64,000 nt of DNA from an uncultured Gammaproteobacteria bacterium (lineage in GTDB: Bacteria; Patescibacteriota; Microgenomatia; CAYXHB01; CAZYTL01), in the NCBI GenBank assembly GCA_964650355.1, contig CAZYTL010000001.1:149552-213551 (forward strand), written 5' to 3'. The position numbers were made by a program, and so were the translations under genes. Positions within the stretch are counted from its first letter, which is position 1. The number at the start of each line of letters is the position of its first letter. Shown in pieces: positions 31,110 to 40,607 of the stretch. A model generated the notes under the pieces. It was not told the DNA's origin and made no database searches. It saw only the letters and a list, made by a program, of their open reading frames with translations.

Positions 31110-32123
31110 ATGGATAAGGATCTCTTCAAAAGGTTTGAAGCTTACCTGCTCCGTCGAGGCAATAAACCTCTGACCATCTATAAAAGAATAAGTTCAATCA
31201 AGAAACTTCTAAGGGAAGTCAGCCCCCTTACGCCTGAAAACCTCGAATTATACTTTGCCAATATGGCTAAAACCAGAAAAGGAACCACGGTAAACACCCT
31301 AATTGATACCATGAGAGTATTTGCGGACTTCCTCGGAAGGTATGAATTAAGAATAAAACATTTTCCTCAAGAGGATCCGATAAAAACAACCATGTCTGAT
31401 GAGGAAATTGAAAGATTCCTTGCTCTTCCCCCTCCATCCCGGACCAGCGAAAACCGAAAAATCGAATATTATCGCTGGACTAAATTCTTCAAAATTTGTG
31501 CCATGACTGGCGCACGTCCAGGAGAAATCGCTAATCTGACCGTTGATGGAGTTGACTTTGGCTTAAATGCTTTAATCGTAGACGGTAAAATGGGTAAAAG
31601 AAAAATCCCGATGGCAGAGAACATCAAAGATGATCTGAAAAATCTCATCGACAATGAAAAAGACGGGTTCCTTTTTTGGTCCTCAAAAGGTGGGAATGGG
31701 GGAGATGCCAAACAACAAAATCCGGTATTTACAGCCACGCAACGCCATTACTACTTTCACGGCCGACTCAAACGCCTGGGGATCAAACGCCGGGGATTAA
31801 CTCCGCACTCGCTCCGCCATAGTTTTATTACCCAATTACTGGAAGAAGATGTTAATTTATTTAAGGTTCAAAAAATCGTGGGACACAAACGGATTGAAAC
31901 CACAGCACAATATACCCACATGACATTAAAAGATGTGCAACAGGCTATCAAAAAACATCCAATTATTCGCAAACAAACGGATCCGTATTCAATCCTTCAA
32001 GCAATCAAAGAATTAATTCAGTCATTCGAACTGGAAAAAGACCAAAGATTTGAATATGTCATCACCGAAACCACCGATGAGTTAAGTCTCTCTGTTAAGG
32101 TTGTTAATAAGCCTAGCAGTTAA
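31110..32123 (+). CDS. Tyrosine recombinase/phage integrase
   Basis: TGARPGE, GK, HSLRHSF, VGH, TAQYTH: catalytic residues intact. Confidence 0.95.
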   Translation: MDKDLFKRFEAYLLRRGNKPLTIYKRISSIKKLLREVSPLTPENLELYFANMAKTRKGTTVNTLIDTMRVFADFLGRYELRIKHFPQEDPIKTTMSDEEIERFLALPPPSRTSENRKIEYYRWTKFFKICAMTGARPGEIANLTVDGVDFGLNALIVDGKMGKRKIPMAENIKDDLKNLIDNEKDGFLFWSSKGGNGGDAKQQNPVFTATQRHYYFHGRLKRLGIKRRGLTPHSLRHSFITQLLEEDVNLFKVQKIVGHKRIETTAQYTHMTLKDVQQAIKKHPIIRKQTDPYSILQAIKELIQSFELEKDQRFEYVITETTDELSLSVKVVNKPSS

Positions 32124-32217
32124 AACAACCACAATTAGGGCAATAGAGATCTTCTTCGTTGGCCACCGACACCAGATACCAGATATAACTACAAAATTTA
32201 CAGACTATTTGCATCAT
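32113..32217 (-). CDS. 34-aa zinc-ribbon protein (not in ORF track)
   Basis: MMQIVCKFCSYIWYLVSVANEEDLYCPNCGCFNC; CxxC-16-CxxC. Confidence 0.55.
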   Translation of the reverse strand: MMQIVCKFCSYIWYLVSVANEEDLYCPNCGCFNC

Positions 32218-32226
32218 AACAAATGT

Positions 32227-32313
32227 TTAACGTCCATCTCTACAATTCCTACAAAGGTAGGGATATGGCTTCCTCCGTCTAGTTACCTTTCCGCATTCCT
32301 GGCAAGGAACCAT
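32227..32313 (-). CDS. 28-aa basic zinc-ribbon protein (not in ORF track)
   Basis: MVPCQECGKVTRRRKPYPYLCRNCRDGR. Confidence 0.5.
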   Translation of the reverse strand: MVPCQECGKVTRRRKPYPYLCRNCRDGR

Positions 32314-32350
32314 ATAGGGCTTTCTCTTTTTGGAAAATCTTCACGGCATA

Positions 32351-32572
32351 TTATTTACCCAGTGCTTCCTCAGTCTTTTCTAATTCCTGAATTAATTTAC
32401 TGAGTTCGTTGCTAATTCCGTGTCTAACACCGATCAGCCCCAGACCTGCAATTAGCATCTCAGGCTCATTTTGAATGAGACCATAAGCAATAGCGCAGGC
32501 GCCGGCGATATAAGCTTTTTTGCCCCTTAACACTTCCCAGGCTAGTGAAATTAAATTTGTAACTGTAGACAT
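32351..32572 (-). CDS. Putative holin
   Basis: LRGKKAYI followed by two hydrophobic segments; SD AAGGAGGTG; in lysis region. Confidence 0.6.
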   Translation of the reverse strand: MSTVTNLISLAWEVLRGKKAYIAGACAIAYGLIQNEPEMLIAGLGLIGVRHGISNELSKLIQELEKTEEALGK

Positions 32573-32604
32573 ATTTCTCACCTCCTTACTTCAGCTCCAA
32601 TAAA

Positions 32605-32802
32605 TCAATCTATTGATTCAAAGTAGTCTGGATTATTTTTGATAGCATCCTCATCAATGGATAGACTCAATGTCCAGTGAGAATTGATATCAATCAGACA
32701 TTCATAATAAGGAACATATCGCTGGACCTTCTCTGGTGCGTTAGTTAGAAATTCCCCCTTTCCGATTGCTTCTAGTAGTTTTTGGGTAGCTCGATATTTC
32801 AT
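32605..32802 (-). CDS. hypothetical phage protein
   Basis: ORF from MKYR, coupled to upstream stop. Confidence 0.5.
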   Translation of the reverse strand: MKYRATQKLLEAIGKGEFLTNAPEKVQRYVPYYECLIDINSHWTLSLSIDEDAIKNNPDYFESID

Positions 32803-32803
32803 A

Positions 32804-32974
32804 TCATTTCTTCCTTTTGTTAAGTTTCGCTCCGTGTGCGCCGGCGTTCCTGGCATTAATTGACCTTAGAGCGTCTTCCCGATTCGTAGAACTGCCCACC
32901 ACTTCTCCGGTGTCTCTATTGACAATTTTGTAAGGGCGCTTATCTCCTTTTACATACTTAACGTCATAAGGCAT
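32804..32974 (-). CDS. 56-aa basic phage protein (not in ORF track)
   Basis: MPYDVKYVKGDKRPYKIVNRDTGEVVGSS...; SD GGAGGTG inside lysin 3' end. Confidence 0.6.
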   Translation of the reverse strand: MPYDVKYVKGDKRPYKIVNRDTGEVVGSSTNREDALRSINARNAGAHGAKLNKRKK

Positions 32975-32975
32975 A

Positions 32976-34040
32976 CTATTCACCTCCCCTTACGAAAATT
33001 CGATCTTTTAACCATTGCCAAAAAGTCTTTTTTGGTTTATTTGTCGCCGGTTTCGGGTCTTCTGTGGGCTCTTCCGGAGTATTTTCTGAACTCAGGACCT
33101 CGTGTAATCGCCGTAGAAGCTCTTTTTCATCCGTTCCGGTATATGCAATCATTGAACCCACTTTTCCAATTAAATTGGCATACTGGGCTTTGAATTGTTT
33201 AGTTTTTTCCGTGTCGGTATCTAATTGATCCTCTTGAAGAATAAGTTTCTTAATCTCTCCTATTACTGTCTGGCTATTCTTCTCGCCGGCATCCGGCTGG
33301 GGTTTTAATAAGTCCCAAGCGTTATCAAGAAATTGCTGCCATTGTTTATTGGTGGTCCGCAATCCCTGATTAGTTATTTCTAGCGTCTTAAAATCTTTCT
33401 TCAAATTTTCCAAAGCCTTTTTATCTCCACTCCAATCTTTCTTCATGTCCTCAATCGTCCGCCTCAAAATTCCCAACTGATCCTGACATTTAGCCAACTC
33501 ACCAGTCGCCGGATCCGCGGCCTTGCGCTCTATCCAAAGCAAGGAATGGGGCTGATTCTTGTCCTGAAGAGTCTCCGCCCACGCCGATTCAAATTCCTCT
33601 TTAGTATAAAAGTGATGGTCACCATCCTGTCTTAAGGCATCTCTGAAATTCGGATCATTTACAAAATAACCATCTTCACGATAGCCAACCACCAAAAAGA
33701 AGTGCCCACCCTTAAATTTTTTATCCTGAGTGCTGTTAAGACTACCATAGTGAACCAAAACAATCGGAGGCAAATTCTGGTCAATCAACTCTCTGATTCT
33801 TTCCGGTGTAGCATTACGCTCCAGATGGGGAATATAGCCAAAAGATTTAATCGCCTTCTGTAATTCGTCCCAGCCAATTAAACCCTGATCTGCCTCAGTC
33901 TTCTCAAAAACTGTATCTGTCGTTAAACTCTCGCCATAATAATTGAGAATCATGGCAATACTGGCCGGTCCGCAGTCATTCTTTGTCTTACCCGCATCAT
34001 TGTCCCACTGTGACTTGTACTTAACTTCCAAATTTCTCAT
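32976..34040 (-). CDS. Peptidase C39-like endolysin with coiled-coil C-terminus
   Basis: SQWD, DCGPASIAM, GHFFLVVG, VNDP. Confidence 0.8.
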   Translation of the reverse strand: MRNLEVKYKSQWDNDAGKTKNDCGPASIAMILNYYGESLTTDTVFEKTEADQGLIGWDELQKAIKSFGYIPHLERNATPERIRELIDQNLPPIVLVHYGSLNSTQDKKFKGGHFFLVVGYREDGYFVNDPNFRDALRQDGDHHFYTKEEFESAWAETLQDKNQPHSLLWIERKAADPATGELAKCQDQLGILRRTIEDMKKDWSGDKKALENLKKDFKTLEITNQGLRTTNKQWQQFLDNAWDLLKPQPDAGEKNSQTVIGEIKKLILQEDQLDTDTEKTKQFKAQYANLIGKVGSMIAYTGTDEKELLRRLHEVLSSENTPEEPTEDPKPATNKPKKTFWQWLKDRIFVRGGE

Positions 34041-34042
34041 AG

Positions 34043-34303
34043 CTATTTGCTGTTAATACGGTCTTTTAGTAGGGTTTCTATTCCGGACAATCTTTGATCT
34101 ATTCCCTTTAGTGTCGCGATATATTCAGATTGAGTAACATAAGTTTCTCCTTTAGATTCCAGTGCTTTAATTCTTGTATCATTTACGGCAATATTTTGTG
34201 CCAGAGGAGCCAATCTAGCAGTAATCCAAACGCCAAGCACAAGAGTAGCCACAGTAAGAACCGAGATGAGGAGCTGTACTTTTTGTCTGAATTTATCATC
34301 CAT
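34043..34303 (-). CDS. Single-TM coiled-coil protein (holin/lysis accessory-like)
   Basis: N-terminal TM, directly upstream of lysin. Confidence 0.55.
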   Translation of the reverse strand: MDDKFRQKVQLLISVLTVATLVLGVWITARLAPLAQNIAVNDTRIKALESKGETYVTQSEYIATLKGIDQRLSGIETLLKDRINSK

Positions 34304-34320
34304 GTTAGATATGCTTCCAC

Positions 34321-34370
34321 AAAAAAAGCGCCGTGAATTACTTCACAACGCTTTAGTAATTATTATAGCA
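34321..34370 (-). promoter_or_regulatory. Promoter-hairpin cassette copy 1 (lysis unit)
   Basis: TGCTATAAT-7nt-AAAGCGTTGTGAA GTAA TTCACGGCGCTTTTTTT; ATG 17 nt later. Confidence 0.85.
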
Positions 34371-34386
34371 GAGGATCTGAAATCTA

Positions 34387-37300
34387 TCAAAAATGAACGT
34401 CAACCGGATTCTTTTGTTTCAAGGTCCAGGCTGTATTTATCTTTGTTTTGGGTGTCCAATTTGTAGATACTTTTGCCTTATTATCCCAGGAAGTAGATAT
34501 TTTCGTTTTATTGATCCACAATCCCCTGAAAACAATGTCAGGGACCACAAAATTCACCACCACTGGCACCACACTGGCCGTCTCAACTTGTAAATAGGTG
34601 GCGGTGACGGCGGGAATAGAGAAAATTGTTATGGTAGGAGTAACGCTGGCTGTTATATGTCCGGTTGCCGCCGTTACATTTGGGACGGTAAAGGTGGTTA
34701 CTATTGGATTTAATGCCGCGGTTTCTACCTGGACATAAGTGGCCGTGGTCGCTGGAATCGAAAATGTACCTTGCACTGGAGAAGCGCTTGCAGTTTCTAC
34801 CTGACTATAACTCGCTGTAACGGAGGGGATTAAAAATGAGCTGAGGACAGGCGATGCCCCTGCGGTTTCTACCTGGACATAAGTGGCAGTAACAGAAGGT
34901 AAATTAAATATAGTTATTACTGGATTAACTGAAGCATTATAAAGACCCGAATGGGTAGCTGTGACTGAGGGGAGAGAAAAATTGACTGAAACGGCAGATA
35001 AACTAACAGTTTCTACTTGGATATAGGTGGCTGTAACTGAAGGATTGGAAAAATTAATTATTACCGGAGATACCGAAGCGCTTTCACCACTACTTGATGT
35101 TGCCGTAACAGTGGGTGTACTAAAATTAACTATTGATGGGGATAGGCTGGCGGTTTCTACCTGGACATAGGTGGCTGTAACTGAAGGATTGGAAAAGGTG
35201 GTTGTGACTGGCGAAAGATTGGCGGTTTCTACTTGGATATAAGTAGCTGTCATTGATGGATTAGAGAAAGTGACCGCTACCGGGGAAACACTTGCCGTTT
35301 CACCACTGCTTTGTGTCTCCTCACTTCCAACACTGTAAAATGTTGAAGGATTGCTTTGGTTATTATAAATTGTAGTGATTTGATTGCTAGATAAATATGA
35401 AGCAATCACCCGAATTTCATCTAATCCTCCATCATATCTATATGCAGTGGGTGGAGATACCCCCCAAGTCCGTTCTCCAATGTAAATAGAAGTCGTCGTA
35501 TTTGCATCTATAGAAGTAGGCCCGCCTGTTGTTTGATGAATTGTCCCATTATTTATTGAGGCCTCCAATAAACCATTTCCACCATCTCCATCTGCATCAT
35601 ACCGCCCCATCAAAAAGTCCCATTGACCCGTAGTGACGGAATCGCCCGTTGTTTGGACATTATAACCAGTTAATGACTTCCTAACTGCAAAGCGTAATTC
35701 TCCGGCTGGACTTTGACGAGTTACAAGCAAATACCCTCCGCCGCTTGCATCGAAAAAATCAAGAATATCATAGGATGTATTCTGTGGTAAGGTTTCATGT
35801 TTGGACCACATTATAATTGTCAAATCCCCGGTAATTTTAAGATGTCCCGCATTTGCGTTTGACAAAGAAAAATAATCTCCATTGTCATCTCGCTCTAAAT
35901 CCCTACCGTTCCCAACTTTTCCAGTTAAACTATCAATGGTATTGTTGTCAGAAAAATTTGCATTACCAGTAGAATCAATTAAATTATTTCCGCTAGATTC
36001 GTCACCATGAGCAACCAATTTGTAAATGCTAGGCCAAGTATTATCTCTCCCATAAGTGTCGCTGGTTCCATACCCAGTAGCATTTGGGTATCCATAATAA
36101 ACATAGAAATCAGTATCTACGCTTGAAGAAATTGAATCTATCAAAAGGTGAATCTGTCCTGTTTGTCCACTTGTATCAATCTTTACCAAATCATAGGCAC
36201 ATTCAGTTACCCCATCATCTTTGGTAATTCTTATATCATCACCGTCTGCTTGTACATGACTAAAAAAGGCCGACGGCAAATCACTTAAATCCACATAAAC
36301 AGGGTAGTCAGTATCGTCAGCGGCCACCTTTCCATGCTGAATAGTAACCTTAATCCTATATTGCCAATTACTGTTATACCACCCAACCCCGACGCTTGCT
36401 GTTACGCTTGGAAGCGTAAAGGTCACTCCCACCGGATTAACACTGGCAGTCTCCACTTCTTGATAAGTAGCAGTCACCACAGGGAGGCTAAATGTAGTTA
36501 CTACGGCAGCGACGGTAGCCGTGAAGTAAGCTAAGGCTGTAACCAAGGGCAAGGTAAAACTGGTAACCACCGGCGAGACTGAGGCCGAATCAACCTCGTT
36601 ATAGGTGGCCGTCACGCTAGGCACCGTGAAGTTTACCGCTACCGGACTAACACCGGCAGTCTCACCGCCACTTGCTGTATAGGTGGCGTAGATAGACATT
36701 GAATATCCGTCATAATTATTAGTTGGAACAAGGGGGTCTGGAAAAGTGTTGTAGGTTCCAGAATTATAACTTATCAACCTATTCCCAGAAGTAGTAGAAT
36801 CGTACCTCCCAAACCAACCAAGATCTTGATCGGACCACCCAGCTAATGTATATGGAGTACTGTCCACAACAGACGGCTTAGTTCCCGAATAAACTATGTC
36901 CCTCCAACCAGCCGAAGCATCAGTAAAATTATATTCATCTGTTTGTCCGTTAGTAATTTTATCGAAATCTGGATGCTGAGAATATAATTGACCAGTTACA
37001 TTTGCATTTGTCCCCGCATCAGTATATATAGTTAATTTATCAATGGTTCCATTTCCATCAGTGGGCGTATAATCATTTCCACTTCCACACCCTAAATTAT
37101 TTAAACTCCAATTTGAGCCTCCAATAGTCTGATATCCAAACGTAGGATCAACAACTACTGGATAAACCGCATTGTCTAGCCAAGATTTAGGAAGCAATAA
37201 TTTGTGTTCATTTGTATCAGGAAACCAATTCTGATCTGCCCAAGCTTCTTTTCCGTCAGCCGCAATCAACTTTACTCTTTTAGCATTGCCGATCTTGCCC

Positions 37301-38100
37301 GTTTTATAGTCCTGAAATTGTGTTTGCTGGATAATGATCTCACTTAATCTCTGCAATTCTTGCTCCAAGTCCCCGTCTTTCCATGTGTTAAATTTATCTG
37401 TTTGACCAGCCGTTCCCAATTTCACCATCACCTTTTCAGGGTGTCTTTTTAGAAGCTCATCAAAGATCTCTGCGTGTCTCTTCTGTTCCTGGCTCTGTGC
37501 TACCATTCCCCCCTTGCTCTCATGATAAAAGGCAATGGAGTTGACAATATCTTCCGGCCTATGTACCAAAACATTACCTTGATCGTCTTTTACGTCTGTT
37601 TCTGTGACAGTAATGTTCGTTTGAAATTCGTCACTCCAGCCGTCTTGAAATTCCTCCGTTAGTGGTGGCTGTTTATATCCCTTAATTGATTTATGTTGAG
37701 TGGTTAATACCAGTTCGCAATTATCGCCTACAACCTTTGTCTTTTTTTGAAGAGCAGCCAGAGTCTTAAAATGCAGCTCCATCTCATATCCACCGTCTTC
37801 ACCAGCGTCAGGCTTTTCAAACTGGTGCACTTCATAGTCGGGAGCAATGTATTTAATTTTCTCTCCATCAGTAATGACTTGGGCATTGGAATCCTCTGGC
37901 GCCCTTTGACTAAAATTGACCTCATTATCCCACCGACTTGATTTTCTCTGGGGCTTGAAGTCCGGTTGTTTGCTATCGCCAATTTCTACCTGAATCCGAT
38001 CCTTCGGATTACTTTTAACTTCATACAAGAAAGTATTATTCTCAATCCGGTACTTCCCGGTGATTTCTGCCGGTAATTTTTGAATATTTATGTCTGCCAT
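34387..38100 (-). CDS. Large virion fibre/adhesin: DUF2341- and LamG-like domains with 24-aa repeats
   Basis: WYNSNWQYRIKVTI...DGDDIRIT...YVYYG, GGLDEIRV; repeats; C-terminal Trp repeats. Confidence 0.75.
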   Translation of the reverse strand: MADINIQKLPAEITGKYRIENNTFLYEVKSNPKDRIQVEIGDSKQPDFKPQRKSSRWDNEVNFSQRAPEDSNAQVITDGEKIKYIAPDYEVHQFEKPDAGEDGGYEMELHFKTLAALQKKTKVVGDNCELVLTTQHKSIKGYKQPPLTEEFQDGWSDEFQTNITVTETDVKDDQGNVLVHRPEDIVNSIAFYHESKGGMVAQSQEQKRHAEIFDELLKRHPEKVMVKLGTAGQTDKFNTWKDGDLEQELQRLSEIIIQQTQFQDYKTGKIGNAKRVKLIAADGKEAWADQNWFPDTNEHKLLLPKSWLDNAVYPVVVDPTFGYQTIGGSNWSLNNLGCGSGNDYTPTDGNGTIDKLTIYTDAGTNANVTGQLYSQHPDFDKITNGQTDEYNFTDASAGWRDIVYSGTKPSVVDSTPYTLAGWSDQDLGWFGRYDSTTSGNRLISYNSGTYNTFPDPLVPTNNYDGYSMSIYATYTASGGETAGVSPVAVNFTVPSVTATYNEVDSASVSPVVTSFTLPLVTALAYFTATVAAVVTTFSLPVVTATYQEVETASVNPVGVTFTLPSVTASVGVGWYNSNWQYRIKVTIQHGKVAADDTDYPVYVDLSDLPSAFFSHVQADGDDIRITKDDGVTECAYDLVKIDTSGQTGQIHLLIDSISSSVDTDFYVYYGYPNATGYGTSDTYGRDNTWPSIYKLVAHGDESSGNNLIDSTGNANFSDNNTIDSLTGKVGNGRDLERDDNGDYFSLSNANAGHLKITGDLTIIMWSKHETLPQNTSYDILDFFDASGGGYLLVTRQSPAGELRFAVRKSLTGYNVQTTGDSVTTGQWDFLMGRYDADGDGGNGLLEASINNGTIHQTTGGPTSIDANTTTSIYIGERTWGVSPPTAYRYDGGLDEIRVIASYLSSNQITTIYNNQSNPSTFYSVGSEETQSSGETASVSPVAVTFSNPSMTATYIQVETANLSPVTTTFSNPSVTATYVQVETASLSPSIVNFSTPTVTATSSSGESASVSPVIINFSNPSVTATYIQVETVSLSAVSVNFSLPSVTATHSGLYNASVNPVITIFNLPSVTATYVQVETAGASPVLSSFLIPSVTASYSQVETASASPVQGTFSIPATTATYVQVETAALNPIVTTFTVPNVTAATGHITASVTPTITIFSIPAVTATYLQVETASVVPVVVNFVVPDIVFRGLWINKTKISTSWDNKAKVSTNWTPKTKINTAWTLKQKNPVDVHF
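34522..35304 (-). repeat. 11 tandem ~72-bp (24-aa) repeats ETASVSPVxxxFSxPSVTATYxQV
   Basis: Visible in translation and DNA (gtttctacYtggaYataRgtggc). Confidence 0.9.
36388..36666 (-). repeat. 4 further copies of the 24-aa repeat
   Basis: Same consensus, N-terminal of the DUF2341-like domain. Confidence 0.85.
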
Positions 38101-38101
38101 A

Positions 38102-38596
38102 TTAACTGCTTAAAATATCGTGACTGCCCTTGTTAGATTCATCCAGCTGGACATAAACTTCCCTTTTAACCTTTTGATCATTTTCCTCCACAACGGCGGT
38201 TAATAAGGCGTTCTTTTGGATTGGATTAATCTGGAAGTTGAGTACTCCCACCAACTGCCCACTATTAACCAACTCATCAATATAGCTCTTTAATGCCGGA
38301 GTGATTGTGTCTACGGGTTTATCTATTGGGGGTGGCGTTTGATCATGCCAGTAGGCAACCTCCTGTTCGGTTCCCTCATTTTCTACATAAAAGCTGATAT
38401 TCTTCCTGATTAGGGTGTCATTCTTTTTTTCATATACACCAATTGTGTACCAGTTGATATTTTCAGCCGATCTTATTTCCTCTCGGATTGCCCTCTTTGG
38501 CGTGTCCTCAGCAAGCAATAACGCCTTTTTACCCTCTGGCGTAGTAACCGTGTGGAACTTAGTCATTAAATAATTAAATAATTCTGCTTTAGTCAT
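38102..38596 (-). CDS. hypothetical phage protein
   Basis: Start MTKA after SD GGGGGTG. Confidence 0.65.
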   Translation of the reverse strand: MTKAELFNYLMTKFHTVTTPEGKKALLLAEDTPKRAIREEIRSAENINWYTIGVYEKKNDTLIRKNISFYVENEGTEQEVAYWHDQTPPPIDKPVDTITPALKSYIDELVNSGQLVGVLNFQINPIQKNALLTAVVEENDQKVKREVYVQLDESNKGSHDILSS

Positions 38597-38618
38597 ATTT
38601 TCACCCCCTTTCTCTACT

Positions 38619-38645
38619 AAAAAACCAGCCCTATTGGCTGGTATT
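38619..38645 (-). terminator. Terminator-like hairpin in leader
   Basis: AATACCAGCC-AATAG-GGCTGGTTTTTT. Confidence 0.65.
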
Positions 38646-38733
38646 AACCTTAACCTATCCGCCTCGTCTCGCCGGTCAAGACAGGTCAACCGATAGGCAT
38701 TTATTTTAATTATTAACTTTATGCGCTTGTGCC

Positions 38734-39177
38734 CTAGGCGCTTGCCCCCTGAATAATCCCTTCAGCATCCCAAGGGACATCAATCTGGGTAGCTGTAGCA
38801 GGAATATCTGCGGTGAAGTCCATGAAGGCAATTGGGATGGAGTCTGTGTCATTCGTTACGTGCTTATAAACTAAGGCACCCTGAATATCTCGTGTCGCGT
38901 TACCACTTAATCCAGTAAATGAAGCATTGTCGGCATCAAATTCAGCCCGATCATTGGCATCATCAATATTAACAGCCTCGTTTGCCAAAGCAACTCTAGC
39001 ATATCCGGTAGCGTCACACTCATCTAGGGTGGTAAAACCATTCATTAGATCCACGTCTGGCTCGGTGTCGCAGGTAGTATTAGTCATCACCAAAGCCACC
39101 CGAATATCGTCGGCGTTCATGTCCAAATCGCCGCTCATCCATTTTCCGATTGCATTTTGATAAACTACACTCGCCAT
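38734..39177 (-). CDS. Putative virion structural protein
   Basis: Acidic beta-rich ORF (DDIRVALV, GYARVAL, DRAEFDAD, WDAEGII) in structural region. Confidence 0.6.
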   Translation of the reverse strand: MASVVYQNAIGKWMSGDLDMNADDIRVALVMTNTTCDTEPDVDLMNGFTTLDECDATGYARVALANEAVNIDDANDRAEFDADNASFTGLSGNATRDIQGALVYKHVTNDTDSIPIAFMDFTADIPATATQIDVPWDAEGIIQGASA

Positions 39178-39180
39178 AAA

Positions 39181-39672
39181 TTATTCCTCCTTTTTTTCGT
39201 TTTTAATCATGGTAATAGGGAACCAGCAAAGATTGCCGCGATTGCCGCCACTTTTAGCTAAAAACATTTGAACAGCAATTGATTCACGATTATTTGCTTG
39301 TAATCTCAAATATTCAGAGTGCTCACCTTTAAGTTGAAGATATTTTGACTTCCATTTTTCTTTAACCTCTAACAACCTATCATTAAAGGGTTTAATTTTG
39401 GCTCGTAATTCCGGAGTATGTTTTTGGTACCTTTCTTCCGGAGACAATGAATTAAGGAAGTCGTTTAACTCTTTTTCAATTGGTGCCTGTTTATCTTTCA
39501 GTTCTTTATTTATATCCCCAATTTTCTGCCTATATTGTTTAATCTTCTCCTCTACGTCAGAAGTAAATGCCTTTCTCTTTTTAGTCTGAATCATCCTCAC
39601 ATCTAAAACCTCAAGTTCTTCGCCGTGGATAGTTGTAACCTTATCTCCCTTTTGGGGTGTGTCTGTAGCCAT
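39181..39672 (-). CDS. hypothetical phage protein (coiled-coil insert)
   Basis: 163-aa ORF directly behind cassette copy 2. Confidence 0.65.
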   Translation of the reverse strand: MATDTPQKGDKVTTIHGEELEVLDVRMIQTKKRKAFTSDVEEKIKQYRQKIGDINKELKDKQAPIEKELNDFLNSLSPEERYQKHTPELRAKIKPFNDRLLEVKEKWKSKYLQLKGEHSEYLRLQANNRESIAVQMFLAKSGGNRGNLCWFPITMIKNEKKEE

Positions 39673-39726
39673 AAAAAAACGCCGTGAATTATTTCACAAC
39701 GCTTTTTAACTAGATTTATTATATCA
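39673..39726 (-). promoter_or_regulatory. Promoter-hairpin cassette copy 2
   Basis: TGATATAAT-12nt-AAAGCGTTGTGAA ATAA TTCACGGCGTTTTTTT-ATG. Confidence 0.85.
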
Positions 39727-39750
39727 CAAGACAAAGGTCGCCTGTCAATA

Positions 39751-40098
39751 TTAGAAAGCGATCAACTGCGTGTAGATCGTCACGCTGGATGTAATTACTC
39801 CTCCCCCTGCCGGAGCCACCACATCAATCCTGTCGTCTTCCTTCAGGATCAATTCCCCGTCCGGAACGTAATTGAAATATTGACCGTTATTACTACCTGT
39901 CTGCAAGACATTGTCATGTGCCGCCCCTTCACCGGAATTGAGAGTGACTTTTAAATCTGTTCCTGTATAGGTTGGAGCAGCAGAATAACTCACCAGGACC
40001 TGCAAGAGCCGCCTGGCGCTACCAGTAGGCGTTGATAGAGTTTGTAGTGTGTCCGGTGCCGATGTTTGAGCAATTCTTCTTAATACTCCTCTCATAAT
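39751..40098 (-). CDS. Putative virion structural protein
   Basis: SD AAGGAGGTG before MRGV; beta-rich; downstream of capsid gene. Confidence 0.6.
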   Translation of the reverse strand: MMRGVLRRIAQTSAPDTLQTLSTPTGSARRLLQVLVSYSAAPTYTGTDLKVTLNSGEGAAHDNVLQTGSNNGQYFNYVPDGELILKEDDRIDVVAPAGGGVITSSVTIYTQLIAF

Positions 40099-40163
40099 GT
40101 CCACCTCCTTTGCTTTTCATCCCTGCCCCCACCTCCCAATAGGGGCAGAGTTAAAAGCCAAGA

Positions 40164-40607
40164 TTAGGCTTCCTTGGTAACTACACCATTGGCCTGCGTG
40201 ACAACCCACTGGGTGCCATCACAGAAAACCTCGACATAGTTTCCGATCACACCTGCTAATAAAAGATATTTAGTAACCACGGCAGAGCCATTGTAATTAA
40301 CTGCTTCTCCTGTTTGTGGCAGTAAAGCAATGGTTTGAGCAGCCAAGGCATGTGCCCTTAAAATCTTACCTTTGGAACTCACGACAGCTGGAAGCGTTAA
40401 AACCTGGGCTCCCGTATCTCCCGAATTATTGAAAATAGTCGGTTTATCCAGATCATCCTGGGTAACGGTATAGTCGGCGGTTTTAGTCGTCACCGTGGCA
40501 GTCCGGGGATCAATTGTCGGATATGGAGGAATCGTCGAACTAATCAGGGCGTAATATCCCTTGATTAATTTAGATAGATATTGTTTGACCTGTAAATTTT
40601 TCAACAT
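40164..40607 (-). CDS. Putative capsid-decoration/fibre protein
   Basis: TKTADYTVT...LTLPA...DGTQWVV pattern; follows MCP. Confidence 0.6.
   Translation of the reverse strand: MLKNLQVKQYLSKLIKGYYALISSTIPPYPTIDPRTATVTTKTADYTVTQDDLDKPTIFNNSGDTGAQVLTLPAVVSSKGKILRAHALAAQTIALLPQTGEAVNYNGSAVVTKYLLLAGVIGNYVEVFCDGTQWVVTQANGVVTKEA

Noticed and set aside
34387-38100. Diversity-generating retroelement target in the fibre gene
   Set aside because: No reverse transcriptase or adenine-specific TR/VR pair seen; repeats differ at all bases.
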